Shown here: piece after piece, positions 8,501 through 17,266 of the stretch
Layout: each line of letters starts with the position of its first letter
Position numbering within the stretch: position 1 is the first letter of the stretch
Origin: a virus
Length of the DNA stretch: 64,000 nt
Direction: 5' to 3' (one strand)
Virus record (IMG/VR): IMGVR_UViG_3300029774_000001
Position numbers and translations under genes: made by a program
The notes under the pieces: model-generated
What the model saw: only the letters and a program-made list of their open reading frames with translations
Told to the model about the DNA's origin: nothing
Databases searched by the model: none

Positions 8501-11026
8501 AATGCCTATACTATAAAGATGGCAGAAAAGGCGTCCGTGCCGTTCAACGTGACGTTCCAGGCGACTATAGGAAGTGCGCAGGCTTCTGGGGCGACAATCG
8601 AGATTGTAGGACAAAGCGAAAAGTTGACAACGAACGAATTAGGGTTGGTATCTACGCAATTGTTTTCGGGTACATACGATTATGTGGCAAAATATCCTTA
8701 TTGTTATGACGTGGTGAATTCGTTTACCGTGTACAATTCGGACACCCGTGTTCCTATCAATTTTACCGTAAAGAGGGTGAATGTGAGAATACAGGTTGTC
8801 AATGGCAGCAATATAGGCATAAGTGGGGCACAGGTGACGTTTAACGGAATGACGCAATATTCCGATGGACAAGGATATACGACCTTCAATGTGGAGGCAG
8901 GAAGTTCCGGTACGGCCACGGCAAGCAAGCTTCCCCAATATAACGAGAACAGTACGTTTGTATCGGTAGGGGAATATGATACAAACGCAACGATAGTTCT
9001 TGGTGTAAATACCTATAAAGTTATTTTCGACGTGGTGGACGAGAAAGGGATATCCATAAGAGGAGTGCGTATTGTATGCGGAGGTACGGTAAAGAACACG
9101 GATGGAGCCGGACGTGCGGTATTCGGAACATACGTGCCGCCCCAGACATTAAGCTGGCAGGCGTCAAAGTCCGGGTATCAGAGCCAGAACGGTTCTGTAA
9201 GCATAAGCAATAGCGACGAATATGTTAACGTCGTAATGACGCGTAACAAGTGCCAGGTTACATATAACGTGCGTACAAAGAGCGGTTCTCCTATTTCGGG
9301 CGTGACAGTGGAAGACAATATAAGTTCGGGTGTGACAAGCTCGAACGGTACCGTATCATGGATGGTTCCGTGTAACGATACTTATGCATGGGTGGCAACA
9401 AGTCAGAATTACTTTACGGAGAGCGGAAGTTACACAGTAGGACCGGAAGAGTTCAGCAAGACGATTGACATAATAATGGAAGACGGTGCGGTACTGGAAG
9501 TAAGGGTGTCAAACGGTACGAACATAGTGCTGCCCGTACTTAACACTTCCTCTACTGGACTTAACAATTTGCGTGTGAAATGGGGAGATGGAGACCAGAC
9601 ATTAGGAACAAGTTCGCACACCTATAGTTCCGGAGGAACAAAGATAATATTGTTTGACTTTAACGGAATGTCGGCCAATTTATCGTGGAGTGCAGACGGA
9701 TTTTCAAGTTTTCAGAATTGTTTGACAAAAGTAATCAAGTGGTTTACTGAGGATGTGAGAACGTCATGGGGAAAGGGAGCTTTCCAGGATTGCAGTAGTC
9801 TTGAATCGGTTGTAAGTTGGACCACAAGCCTTATGAGCGGTTCGGCAGATTCGTTCTTTTATGGATGCAGCAGTTTGAGAAGCGTTCCAGCAGGATTGTT
9901 TGATTTTATAACAAGCGGTACATTTGTTAGCACATATAGAGATAGTGGGCTGAGTGGTTCAGTGAACTTGTCGAGTGTGCTTGCAGGGAACTTGATAAAT
10001 GATTACTCCAGTTGTTTTTATGGATGTAAAAATATTTCTTCCGTAAGCGGACAGTTAAGGACGTCAAGTAATGGAACGTCTTTGAATTATATGTTTGCCG
10101 GATGTAGCAGTATGTCAAGTATAAGTAATGATATTGGAGCGACGAATATAAAAACATGTATATATATGTTTTCCGATTGTTCTAATTTGCAATCACCATG
10201 CAGAATAACGTTCAGATATGTTTCGGGAGAGACAATAAACGCATACGGTTTTTGTAATGCTTCGGGCGTATCGTCATTACCGAGCAACATGTTTTCCGGG
10301 ACCGTGGGTGAATTGTTTTTGGGACAGGCGTTTTATAAATGTACCAATCTGTCAAGTGTAAGTTCCGGTGCATTCAATTATACGACGAATGGAGGTACAC
10401 AATGTAATGAAATGTTTTACGGCTGTACAAGCTTGCTGAATGTAAGTGGTGTGACAATCCCCGATATTAGAAATGCGTCCGGTATGTTTCGGAATAGTGG
10501 TTTGACTACTATAACATCATCCTTGTTTTCTGATTCTTCGCAATGTAGTTCTTACACATATTGCTTCAGTGGTTGCAGGAATCTGAGGACGGCAGGTTCG
10601 CAGGGCAATCCTATCACACCGCCCGAACATTCGGTGACGGTAAATATTAATAGTATGTTTGAGAATTGTTCTAATTTGTCGACAACCGAATATGCTTTCG
10701 GTGATGTGACTGTAAATAAACCTGGACCTACCGGAACAGATAATAGTTATATAGAATCGGGGGTACTAAAACATATGAATAGTTGCACGGACGCATTCAG
10801 CGGTTGCTCAAATATGACGTCTCAACCGAGATGGGAATGTATAGTGGCCGGAGTAAAATTACCGACAGTTTATATGCCTTTGTTCTTCTATTTTGAAAAA
10901 CTATTCCAACCGTATCGATTCGGTTTTCCGGATGTTGACAGTCTCCCTAAAAGCGGATGTTTCAGAGGATGTACAAGGATGTATAATTACGCAGATTTCA
11001 ACAGAAATTATCCAGAATGGTTCTAA
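5558..11026 (+). CDS. Giant tail-associated adhesin-like protein: unique N-domain, ~11 beta-sandwich repeats, then BspA/DUF285-like leucine-rich repeats
   Basis: First ATG is at 5558; the track start 5546 is TTG. About 11 tandem ~85-aa modules carry N-G-x-A/V-x-F..P/A-G-x-Y-x-Y/W (carboxypeptidase-regulatory-like). The C-terminal part has repeats of F/MF-x-x-C-x-x-L-x-S-V/I type. Confidence 0.75.
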   Translation: MEKRIKKENPCGGLFLPQSTPIYDNLPFSRFFEENDKEVIRWAENVLEKLEGRGVLPTFLKKKENEDFRAFWGTITHIFALIVLYARQYKKIDTNQILFEMFIQNRGLVTNMVDSQEQMKYLFYNYLEEYSKRGRLDIISKEGEILGELLRLIRYNSLDEFIFALLRPEATGWAMGHSSPTCDRTNTVMNVSKAYEYTKGVEDLNNYPLLIPESISITQDENGDDDEIFNAMTFFGNQAVGIDGRVDLDKLIIIDPNLSYEISLQVKVSATDNENLKFGVAGYETVDGEPLSMGILENGQITGSSFWFHENEYLDIKNDGMYYYIKGILLSTNEKFLKAPALNFPSGRALSIMPGMKYIAPIFIQERTVGNHPYIYIYDFHVKPLYLPFSQGYLGERDIIAAYYKNNAYQRQFTVETFLKNYLVGYKNIFGSELIRPYVGEEEYQILFKVFSNRNKYIPNARITINGEELVTDVNGEAKITLPRGQWYYEVEAENFENVENSLLVDKDAVEYVQLMGAAYERVVTFFVRDKETKDWMQNVKVSFAGKVQYTGSNGIATFEVFPGIYEYVAEYEDYYTVRRNAEIVDSTNIEIEMEKIPYYNVTFRIRDGVEPVSGASVLVTGEDIPNQTGSSNAQGLATGFIYPAGTYHYKVVKEGYITVEKDFTIYGNAVIDIQFNPIPKYNINFVVRSNGLPVAKADVTFNGTTLQTERNGVVTFVEVAGSYAWKVSKTEFNGQEGTVEVVDKDVTVEVDLVQIGYLIDFYVTDDNNTPLDDALVTVGTESISTSGGQAQFVRISGGYNWTVQKEGYYTKQGVVTVNGENKRVDVQLKLVTYDIIFTVRMSGQPVKNQPVVLGVGEDEQTVNTDASGNAVFNRVPGSYPWNVTKTGYEPRTGTAVLINQPLAITVDLVKQTGKLTVTVLDVETNNPISNAVVTINGETRYSNNNGIAASWTLELGVWEWSASHQDYNPAKGNVNITAGDNAYTIKMAEKASVPFNVTFQATIGSAQASGATIEIVGQSEKLTTNELGLVSTQLFSGTYDYVAKYPYCYDVVNSFTVYNSDTRVPINFTVKRVNVRIQVVNGSNIGISGAQVTFNGMTQYSDGQGYTTFNVEAGSSGTATASKLPQYNENSTFVSVGEYDTNATIVLGVNTYKVIFDVVDEKGISIRGVRIVCGGTVKNTDGAGRAVFGTYVPPQTLSWQASKSGYQSQNGSVSISNSDEYVNVVMTRNKCQVTYNVRTKSGSPISGVTVEDNISSGVTSSNGTVSWMVPCNDTYAWVATSQNYFTESGSYTVGPEEFSKTIDIIMEDGAVLEVRVSNGTNIVLPVLNTSSTGLNNLRVKWGDGDQTLGTSSHTYSSGGTKIILFDFNGMSANLSWSADGFSSFQNCLTKVIKWFTEDVRTSWGKGAFQDCSSLESVVSWTTSLMSGSADSFFYGCSSLRSVPAGLFDFITSGTFVSTYRDSGLSGSVNLSSVLAGNLINDYSSCFYGCKNISSVSGQLRTSSNGTSLNYMFAGCSSMSSISNDIGATNIKTCIYMFSDCSNLQSPCRITFRYVSGETINAYGFCNASGVSSLPSNMFSGTVGELFLGQAFYKCTNLSSVSSGAFNYTTNGGTQCNEMFYGCTSLLNVSGVTIPDIRNASGMFRNSGLTTITSSLFSDSSQCSSYTYCFSGCRNLRTAGSQGNPITPPEHSVTVNINSMFENCSNLSTTEYAFGDVTVNKPGPTGTDNSYIESGVLKHMNSCTDAFSGCSNMTSQPRWECIVAGVKLPTVYMPLFFYFEKLFQPYRFGFPDVDSLPKSGCFRGCTRMYNYADFNRNYPEWF
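6940..9480 (+). repeat. In-frame tandem array of ~11 carboxypeptidase-regulatory-like beta-sandwich domains
   Basis: Recurrent V-x-V/F-x-G...D/N-x-x-G-x-A/V-x-F...G-x-Y-x-Y/W...G-Y blocks about every 85 aa. Boundaries are approximate. Confidence 0.6.
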
Positions 11027-11052
11027 TTTTGTAAATAAAAATTTATAAATAT

Positions 11053-11889
11053 ATGGCGCAGATAAATGTTAACAGAAACACTTTTTTAGAAAAAGAAGAA
11101 GTGATGAATATGCAGTCTTTCCTACAGAACTCTTTGCTTGGAAAGATTCTTATTGCCGGAAGTTATACATTCGGCATAGTGACAAACAACCCTACAAAAT
11201 TCAAGTCCGACTTTGAGACTGTGGACACCTTTATAGACAACAAGGCGTTCGAGGTGCAGCAGGGAACACAGGGAGGAACGGTAAGGATATTGCCGGGTAT
11301 GGCGGTAAACTCATTGGGGCAAGTAATAAACATTGTCAACATATACGATAACTTTGCCATCCCGGCAGACAGCGTGTATTACTGGCTAAAAATCGGGTAT
11401 TCGACAAAGAATTACGAAAACGGATATGTGAGTATCAACCAGAAGGGTGTAGTGACCGGAACCGTGGATTTTTCCGGTAAGGTGAGAGGACAGGCAGGGA
11501 AAACCCCGGTAGCGATAAAGTTTTTGAAGGACGACGGTTCACAGCCCCTAAATAATGGTGTATATGAGATAGTCAATATAATAGATAACAAGAATATTGT
11601 ATTAACGTCCGAATCCGATTTTGTTGCGGAAACAAATTTGCAAGTCGTGATACTGGGAACGGTACCTCTTGGAAAGGTATTCACGGACGCACAAATGGAA
11701 GGGCTTTACACCTATGATTGGTTTACGTTGGGGCTGACACAGGAAGTGACCTTGGAACAGCCGCCTACCAAGTCGGTAAACGAGTTTTACATAGCAAGAG
11801 TGAGAAACAACGGTGGTACGGTCACGATTGACAATACGGCAAAAACGGAATATTGGTCTTTGGCAGGCATGCCGAAACCGAAAGAATAA
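11053..11889 (+). CDS. Hypothetical protein (structural module)
   Basis: 278-aa ATG ORF directly after the giant fibre gene; no motif recognised. Confidence 0.6.
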   Translation: MAQINVNRNTFLEKEEVMNMQSFLQNSLLGKILIAGSYTFGIVTNNPTKFKSDFETVDTFIDNKAFEVQQGTQGGTVRILPGMAVNSLGQVINIVNIYDNFAIPADSVYYWLKIGYSTKNYENGYVSINQKGVVTGTVDFSGKVRGQAGKTPVAIKFLKDDGSQPLNNGVYEIVNIIDNKNIVLTSESDFVAETNLQVVILGTVPLGKVFTDAQMEGLYTYDWFTLGLTQEVTLEQPPTKSVNEFYIARVRNNGGTVTIDNTAKTEYWSLAGMPKPKE

Positions 11890-11903
11890 GAAAGGAGGAG
11901 AAA

Positions 11904-12464
11904 ATGAAATTATTATATACAGTAAGTTCCGGATATATGGCAGAACAGCAGAATGTTTCTTATTCGTTGGGTGGCTTTGCATCTTCCACGACAATACCTA
12001 ACGACATGTTCGGTAATTTGTTTGATGAATTGAGTGTAAACACGATAAGAAATGCGAGAAACGAATACCGGGCTATAGTGCTGCACAATGACAGCCAGGA
12101 GGTGGCAAAAGGGGTGAAGATATGGTTCGAGAATCCGGAAACAAATGTGTGTTCGTTTAAGGTAGGTGCCGTGGGAATGATGGAAGGTGCAGACGGAAGC
12201 CGATATATGGGCAGTGCACCTAATATATATAGCAGACCCTATACAGTCCAGTTTTATGAGGCTACAGAGGAAAACCCGGTGTCTATCGGGGATATGCAGC
12301 CAGACCAGATGATAGGTATATGGGTGGAAAGGAGTATAGATAAAGAAAAGGCTTTGGAAGAGTATAACAACGTGGCTGAGAGGGATTTAACAACCGAAAC
12401 GAGATATAAGCCTATTCAGAAGGAAACACAAGAAATGTTAAATATGCAATTTTATTGGGAATAA
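11904..12464 (+). CDS. Hypothetical protein (structural module)
   Basis: ATG at 11904 preceded by AGGAGG. The track start 11853 overlaps the previous gene. Confidence 0.6.
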   Translation: MKLLYTVSSGYMAEQQNVSYSLGGFASSTTIPNDMFGNLFDELSVNTIRNARNEYRAIVLHNDSQEVAKGVKIWFENPETNVCSFKVGAVGMMEGADGSRYMGSAPNIYSRPYTVQFYEATEENPVSIGDMQPDQMIGIWVERSIDKEKALEEYNNVAERDLTTETRYKPIQKETQEMLNMQFYWE

Positions 12465-12573
12465 GCTATTGCGTATGTCATAAACAAATATTATCTTTGT
12501 GGTGTGATTGATAAGGGAGTGTTAAGCCTCCCTTTCTTAATCGGGTTAGACATAAACAAATATTATCTCGAAT
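12465..12573 (+). promoter_or_regulatory. Degenerate copy of the recurrent promoter cassette, plus a hairpin
   Basis: ttgcgtatgtcataa..TATCTTTG (-7 box 12492-12499), then hairpin AAGGGAG/CTCCCTT (12513-12534) and a partial duplication (gacataaacaaatattatct). Confidence 0.45.
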
Positions 12574-12870
12574 ATGAACAATATTGTAGAACTTAACGGA
12601 TTGCAGGGTGTAAAGAGTGAAAAGGTTTACGCCTATTTTTCAACCGAACCGAAAGAGGTGCAGAATGCCCTGGAGCTTGGAATAGCATGTACCGGGGCTG
12701 ATGATAACGGGGCGTACAACATTTATTTTGACGATGAAGAAAACATATGCTGTGAATACATGCAGCGTTGTGTCACGAAGGAGTTTAAAAAGGTGGAAAC
12801 AATAGAAGAAGCTGTGTTGTGGATGGAGGGTTATTTTAATATAAAGGGTTATGACAGAAAAGATTATTAA
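12574..12870 (+). CDS. Hypothetical early protein
   Basis: 98-aa ATG ORF and first gene after the promoter cassette. Confidence 0.6.
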   Translation: MNNIVELNGLQGVKSEKVYAYFSTEPKEVQNALELGIACTGADDNGAYNIYFDDEENICCEYMQRCVTKEFKKVETIEEAVLWMEGYFNIKGYDRKDY

Positions 12871-13117
12871 AAAGGAAGATGTAGAATACAAGCTGACATG
12901 TAGTTTGTTTATGGAATGGAACCGTCCGGCAAAGTATAGATTTAAACTACAGCAAAGAGAGTGCGGAAAAAGGAAATGGTTGGATTTAAAAGGAGAGGAA
13001 TGCTTGGTATATACAGAGAAAGATATTGTTTTGCAGTATGTGAGTAAAGAAGATGTGTTAGAGCTTGCTTTTGAGGAATACAAGAAATACTACCCTAATA
13101 ATGAAATGCTGAAATGA
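12851..13117 (+). CDS. Hypothetical protein
   Basis: 88-aa ATG ORF in tight same-strand packing. Confidence 0.55.
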   Translation: MTEKIIKKEDVEYKLTCSLFMEWNRPAKYRFKLQQRECGKRKWLDLKGEECLVYTEKDIVLQYVSKEDVLELAFEEYKKYYPNNEMLK

Positions 13118-13275
13118 AGACATTAATTTTTGATGTGATGCTGAATGAGCAATATATACACACGTTCAAATATAAATACAATCCTCTGTTTCCTATTGAG
13201 GAGGAAGAGTTAAGGAAGTTTGTGGAAGAGAGATTGCCGACATTGAAAGGGAAGAAATTCAAGATTTTGTTTTAG
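13114..13275 (+). CDS. Hypothetical small protein (53 aa, below the track cut-off)
   Basis: ATGA start/stop overlap with the previous ORF; it fills an otherwise empty gap. Confidence 0.4.
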   Translation: MKTLIFDVMLNEQYIHTFKYKYNPLFPIEEEELRKFVEERLPTLKGKKFKILF

Positions 13276-13278
13276 GGT

Positions 13279-13443
13279 ATGAATCTGAATGCTATCATAA
13301 AGAAATGGTTCTGTCGCCATGAATGGGAGCTGATGTATGAGAGAAAGGTTACGGCATGGGATGAGTTAGGATGTAATAAATATATTGCCAGATATTACGT
13401 CTGCAAGAAATGTGGCAGATACAAGAAAACCAAAAGTTATTGA
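13279..13443 (+). CDS. Hypothetical small Cys-containing protein (54 aa)
   Basis: ATG ORF with C-x-H...C-x-x-C that fills the gap before 13445. Confidence 0.4.
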   Translation: MNLNAIIKKWFCRHEWELMYERKVTAWDELGCNKYIARYYVCKKCGRYKKTKSY

Positions 13444-13444
13444 T

Positions 13445-13687
13445 ATGAAACAGACAGTAGAAAAGGCGTCAATAGAATATGCTGAATCGGTTATTCGTTC
13501 ATTTGGAACATGTGGGGTACCGAATGGAATTTCTGACATCAAGGAAATGATTGCTAATGGTTTTAATAGTGGTGCTGAATGGCAGAAGGAGAAAGCTATT
13601 GAAGCTTTGTCTTCTGTACTGGAGGACTGGGTACATGGTGGTGATGCAGACTGTATAATTGCAGAATTTGAAGAAAAATTGAAATAA
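13445..13687 (+). CDS. Hypothetical protein
   Basis: First ATG in the frame; the track start 13385 is non-ATG and overlaps the upstream small ORF. Confidence 0.55.
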   Translation: MKQTVEKASIEYAESVIRSFGTCGVPNGISDIKEMIANGFNSGAEWQKEKAIEALSSVLEDWVHGGDADCIIAEFEEKLK

Positions 13688-13688
13688 A

Positions 13689-13943
13689 ATGGATGAAAGG
13701 AAAATTCTTTTGTTTAAGAAGGGGTGTTATGATGTTGGAACACGTTTTTCTTTTATTGTAAATGGTAAGATTATCGAAACAGTCATAATTGATGTAATGA
13801 TTGATTATCATAAAAGCATCAATTATGAAAAGCATTCTGTAAGGTATCATTTTTGCACTATGGATAAACATACATTCGATGAATTTTCGGAAAGAGAATT
13901 AGAAGATATGATACATAGAGGGATTGTTTTATATATTGAGTAA
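13689..13943 (+). CDS. Hypothetical protein
   Basis: 84-aa ATG ORF starting 1 nt after the previous stop. Confidence 0.55.
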   Translation: MDERKILLFKKGCYDVGTRFSFIVNGKIIETVIIDVMIDYHKSINYEKHSVRYHFCTMDKHTFDEFSERELEDMIHRGIVLYIE

Positions 13944-13954
13944 TTGAAAAAGCC

Positions 13955-14215
13955 ATGAAAGGAAATATATTTGACAAAATAAGAAAAGCATCTAATAAAT
14001 ACATAGAGTATATGGTTGCTTGTGACTGTGTAGCCAAAGAAGCACAAAAACATATAGATTGGGACAATAATGTTTCGTGTGAATATTATCCCGGTGATGG
14101 AATATGTATAATGATAGACGAGCATGTTTGTTATGCTAATACATTCTTTGACTTGGTAGAAGAATCAGAAAACGGTATGCTTGATAGGGGAACTTTTATG
14201 AGAAATTGTATTTGA
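13955..14215 (+). CDS. Hypothetical protein
   Basis: 86-aa ATG ORF. Confidence 0.55.
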   Translation: MKGNIFDKIRKASNKYIEYMVACDCVAKEAQKHIDWDNNVSCEYYPGDGICIMIDEHVCYANTFFDLVEESENGMLDRGTFMRNCI

Positions 14216-14216
14216 C

Positions 14217-14390
14217 ATGGAAAGATATAGGATTGTGAAAGAAATAGGGTATAGCGGCTGTATTCCGATAGTCGTGTATTGCGTACAAGTCAGAAAAGAC
14301 AAACGTCTTTCGTCTGAATGGGTGAATGTAAAGGGGTTTGATACCTATAGGAAAGCAAGAGAGTTGTTGTTTGTTTTAAACGGTGATTGA
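14217..14390 (+). CDS. Hypothetical small protein (57 aa)
   Basis: ATG ORF that exactly fills the gap 14216-14391. Confidence 0.4.
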   Translation: MERYRIVKEIGYSGCIPIVVYCVQVRKDKRLSSEWVNVKGFDTYRKARELLFVLNGD

Positions 14391-14391
14391 T

Positions 14392-14697
14392 ATGGAAATA
14401 GTTCCCGATTTGATAAAAAGTAATCTATCTAAAAACCAGGTAGAATATATTCAAAAGAAACAGCATGAATATAAATTGACGAACAAGAAGAGGAGGGTTC
14501 CGGGACATATTTTATTTTCATTCAATCTGAAAACGAAAGAGATAAAGAGAGCTTCTATTACCAAAGAAGTTTCAATTGGATTAAACGGGAAACCTATAAT
14601 GAAAACTAAAATAGCTATTGAGCCGGATTGCTATTACGAACAAGCTTTGAATGAAAAGAATTTTAGAAAAAGATTAAAGAGGATTGGGTTAATATGA
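14392..14697 (+). CDS. Hypothetical protein
   Basis: First ATG in the frame; basic protein. Confidence 0.55.
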   Translation: MEIVPDLIKSNLSKNQVEYIQKKQHEYKLTNKKRRVPGHILFSFNLKTKEIKRASITKEVSIGLNGKPIMKTKIAIEPDCYYEQALNEKNFRKRLKRIGLI

Positions 14698-14885
14698 AAA
14701 CAATTAAGATTTCAAATTTACAAGAAGGGGATTTGTTCATATATAAAGGCGTAATGTATGAAATTGTACATAAGGACAAATGGGAAACCTATTGTAAATA
14801 TGTCAATAATAAAAGTCGTTTGGGATGGTTTTCAAGCGAATATTTTTATTGTAAATTTAGTAATTATACAAAAGTAGAGGTTTAA
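14694..14885 (+). CDS. Hypothetical protein
   Basis: 63-aa ORF with ATGA overlap. Confidence 0.5.
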   Translation: MKTIKISNLQEGDLFIYKGVMYEIVHKDKWETYCKYVNNKSRLGWFSSEYFYCKFSNYTKVEV

Positions 14886-14890
14886 GCATT

Positions 14891-15187
14891 ATGAGTAAAT
14901 ATAGATATAGAGAAGTGAAGAATTATATCCACAACGAACTAAAGTTGACTAAAGAGGATATAAAGGAAATTATGGTTCCAATTGTGAAAGAGGAGGTTAA
15001 ACGTATCTTTCAAAACACATATGGAAACGACGTTGATATAGAGAGGTGGGTTCGTTGTATGGTTTCCAACGAGATACAAAGACATGGTGATTACTCTATG
15101 ATAAGGAATTTGTGCAGGGAGATAATTAAGGAGGAAATTACCGATAGGTTGTCAATTGATATAAGCCTTAAAAAGAAAGAGGGGTAA
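14891..15187 (+). CDS. Hypothetical protein
   Basis: 98-aa ATG ORF. Confidence 0.55.
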   Translation: MSKYRYREVKNYIHNELKLTKEDIKEIMVPIVKEEVKRIFQNTYGNDVDIERWVRCMVSNEIQRHGDYSMIRNLCREIIKEEITDRLSIDISLKKKEG

Positions 15188-15190
15188 AAT

Positions 15191-15382
15191 ATGCAGAATG
15201 AAATTTCTTGGAATGAAAATACTCGTTATGAGATTTATAATCCATATAGTGATATTTCTCCTTTAGAACCGTGTGATGTACCCAAAATGAGAAAATATCG
15301 CCTAAAAGATGATAGGTGTACAAACAAACAAATTGCGAAACGCAGGAAGAGGAATAAGAACCGTAAAACACATAGGAAATGA
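15191..15382 (+). CDS. Hypothetical basic protein
   Basis: 63-aa ATG ORF with a K/R-rich C-terminus. Confidence 0.45.
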   Translation: MQNEISWNENTRYEIYNPYSDISPLEPCDVPKMRKYRLKDDRCTNKQIAKRRKRNKNRKTHRK

Positions 15383-15576
15383 GTAGGTTTGAGAAAGAAA
15401 TACTTCCTTTCATGGAAGAGGAAATTATGCGAAAACTCCGTACATACAATGTGTACAGTACAAAGGAGTATGAGGACATACGGAAGGCGGTAAGGTATTC
15501 AATAAGGTTTTGCAAGAAAAATAAAATAGTTCGATGTGAAGATAAAAATTTAAACAAAGAAAGGGACAAGAAATGA
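15379..15576 (+). CDS. Hypothetical protein
   Basis: 65-aa ORF with ATGA overlaps on both sides. Confidence 0.5.
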   Translation: MSRFEKEILPFMEEEIMRKLRTYNVYSTKEYEDIRKAVRYSIRFCKKNKIVRCEDKNLNKERDKK

Positions 15577-16100
15577 AAAAGTACAAGGTTTTATTTTGTG
15601 ATATGGACGGCACGTTAATAGAAACTGCAAGTGGTGAGACGTTTCCAAAGGGGATATGGGACATGAAATTTAAGTTTGATGTCCTGGATGCAATAAAGAA
15701 TTTGAATCCCGAAGAAATTTTTATCGTGACAAACCAGGGAGGGATAGAAAAAGGGTTGGTTCCAGAATCATTTATTTATGTAAAATATGAGTACGTGAGT
15801 TACAGTATAATGGATTATTGCGACATTGATACGCGTTTTAAGTATTGCGGAAGCAATGACAGAAGCAACCCTATGAGAAAGCCAAATACCGGAATGCTTG
15901 AAGAACTTTTTGATAATTACAATACATGGAAAGATTTCAGTTTGGAGGTAGAAGATTGTTTAATGATTGGTGATGCAAGCGGCCTCGAAGGGCAGTTTTC
16001 AGACAGTGACAAGAAAACAGCCGAGAATTTTGGCATAGACTATATGGATGTCAGCGAGTTCGTAAATGTTTACGGGAAAGGGTGTGATTATGGGATTTAA
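15573..16100 (+). CDS. HAD-superfamily (subfamily IIIA) phosphatase, polynucleotide 3'-phosphatase / GmhB-like
   Basis: Motif I D-M-D-G-T-L, motif II V-T-N-Q-G-G-I, R-K-P-N-T-G-M, and motif IV G-D-A-S-G..D. Confidence 0.75.
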   Translation: MKKYKVLFCDMDGTLIETASGETFPKGIWDMKFKFDVLDAIKNLNPEEIFIVTNQGGIEKGLVPESFIYVKYEYVSYSIMDYCDIDTRFKYCGSNDRSNPMRKPNTGMLEELFDNYNTWKDFSLEVEDCLMIGDASGLEGQFSDSDKKTAENFGIDYMDVSEFVNVYGKGCDYGI

Positions 16101-16287
16101 TAGAGGAACAAAGTTAGGCGCAGAAAACAGAAAAGGGCATAGATGGATAAACAACCCCAACAATGCGCATAGAAAGTGTACGAAGTGCGGCTGTATGGTC
16201 GATGTGATTTCCTCAAAAGGAGAAAGTATCTATACATACACAGATACTAAAGGTAACAAATCGGCTGAATGCCCTAATTGTATTTGA
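16090..16287 (+). CDS. Hypothetical small Cys-rich protein
   Basis: First ATG in the frame; C-T-K-C-G-C ... C-P-N-C, zinc-ribbon-like. Confidence 0.5.
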   Translation: MGFNRGTKLGAENRKGHRWINNPNNAHRKCTKCGCMVDVISSKGESIYTYTDTKGNKSAECPNCI

Positions 16288-16289
16288 TT

Positions 16290-16499
16290 ATGGAAGTAAA
16301 GAACGGAATAATAATAGATGGAGTGCTGCATGAAGCTGCGAATTATCCAAATGACTATGAATGTACTATATGTTCTCTTCGTAAGGAATGTGATGAATTA
16401 GAGAATCGTAGTGATGAATGGATTTGCAGGCTTATTGATTGTAAGTATTTTATCAATCGTGGCAAAGTAACAGACATTAAGATAGATAAGGAGGAATAA
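16290..16499 (+). CDS. Hypothetical small Cys-containing protein
   Basis: First ATG (MEVKNG..) in the frame. Confidence 0.5.
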   Translation: MEVKNGIIIDGVLHEAANYPNDYECTICSLRKECDELENRSDEWICRLIDCKYFINRGKVTDIKIDKEE

Positions 16500-16501
16500 C
16501 A

Positions 16502-16996
16502 ATGGAAAGCGATAAACTTATATTAGATGCTTGTTGTGGCAGTAGAATGTTTTGGTTTGACAAGCATAACCCTTTGGTTTTATTTGTAGACAAGCGTTCA
16601 GAAACACTTACAGCTAAGGACAAAGATAGAATCAGAACTATAGATGTAAAACCGGATGTAATAGCCGGTTTTACTAATTTGCCGTTTGAGGATAATTCTT
16701 TTTATATGGTGGTGTTTGACCCACCGCATCTAAAAACACTTGGTGAAACCTCATGGATGGCTAAGAAATACGGTAAACTGCCAAAAGATTGGAAATCACT
16801 TATACACGACGGATTTGCCGAGTGTATGCGCGTCTTGAAACCTAATGGAACGCTCATTTTCAAATGGAACGAAAGTGAGATAAAAGCTTCAGAAGTTTTG
16901 TCCGTTATCCCTTTTAAGCCTCTATTTGGACATACCACTGGAAGGCAGAGCAAAACAATATGGATGTGTTTTATGAAGAGAGAAGACGATGAATAA
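16502..16996 (+). CDS. SAM-dependent methyltransferase, probably DNA N6-A/N4-C type
   Basis: Motif I L-D-A-C-C-G-S and motif IV F-D-P-P-H; small single-domain enzyme. Confidence 0.6.
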   Translation: MESDKLILDACCGSRMFWFDKHNPLVLFVDKRSETLTAKDKDRIRTIDVKPDVIAGFTNLPFEDNSFYMVVFDPPHLKTLGETSWMAKKYGKLPKDWKSLIHDGFAECMRVLKPNGTLIFKWNESEIKASEVLSVIPFKPLFGHTTGRQSKTIWMCFMKREDDE

Positions 16997-17144
16997 TACA
17001 GAAGAAAAGCATTGCAGTATATGCGTGCATTATGAGATATGTGCCAATTTTCAGATGTATTGTCACGCATTGAAAAGACGCATAACGGCAAGAAAGCAGG
17101 CGAAGAACTGTAAGTATTTTGAATATAGATGGAGGAATAAATAA
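16989..17144 (+). CDS. Cys-rich micro-protein (51 aa)
   Basis: ATG overlaps the methyltransferase stop. Contains C-x-x-C, C..C and C. The region is otherwise covered only by implausible minus-strand ORFs. Confidence 0.4.
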   Translation: MNNTEEKHCSICVHYEICANFQMYCHALKRRITARKQAKNCKYFEYRWRNK

Positions 17145-17266
17145 TGCACCAGTGTGACTATTGTTGTTGGTATAACGAAAGATACGGGAATTGCGATTGT
17201 CCGTATGCAATGAAAAAGTCGGCTTGTGATAAAGCTAAAAAGGAGAAAGAAAGGAGTGAGAAATGA
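17144..17266 (+). CDS. Cys-rich micro-protein (40 aa)
   Basis: MHQCDYCCWYNERYGNCDCPY.. with start/stop overlap on both sides. Confidence 0.35.
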   Translation: MHQCDYCCWYNERYGNCDCPYAMKKSACDKAKKEKERSEK

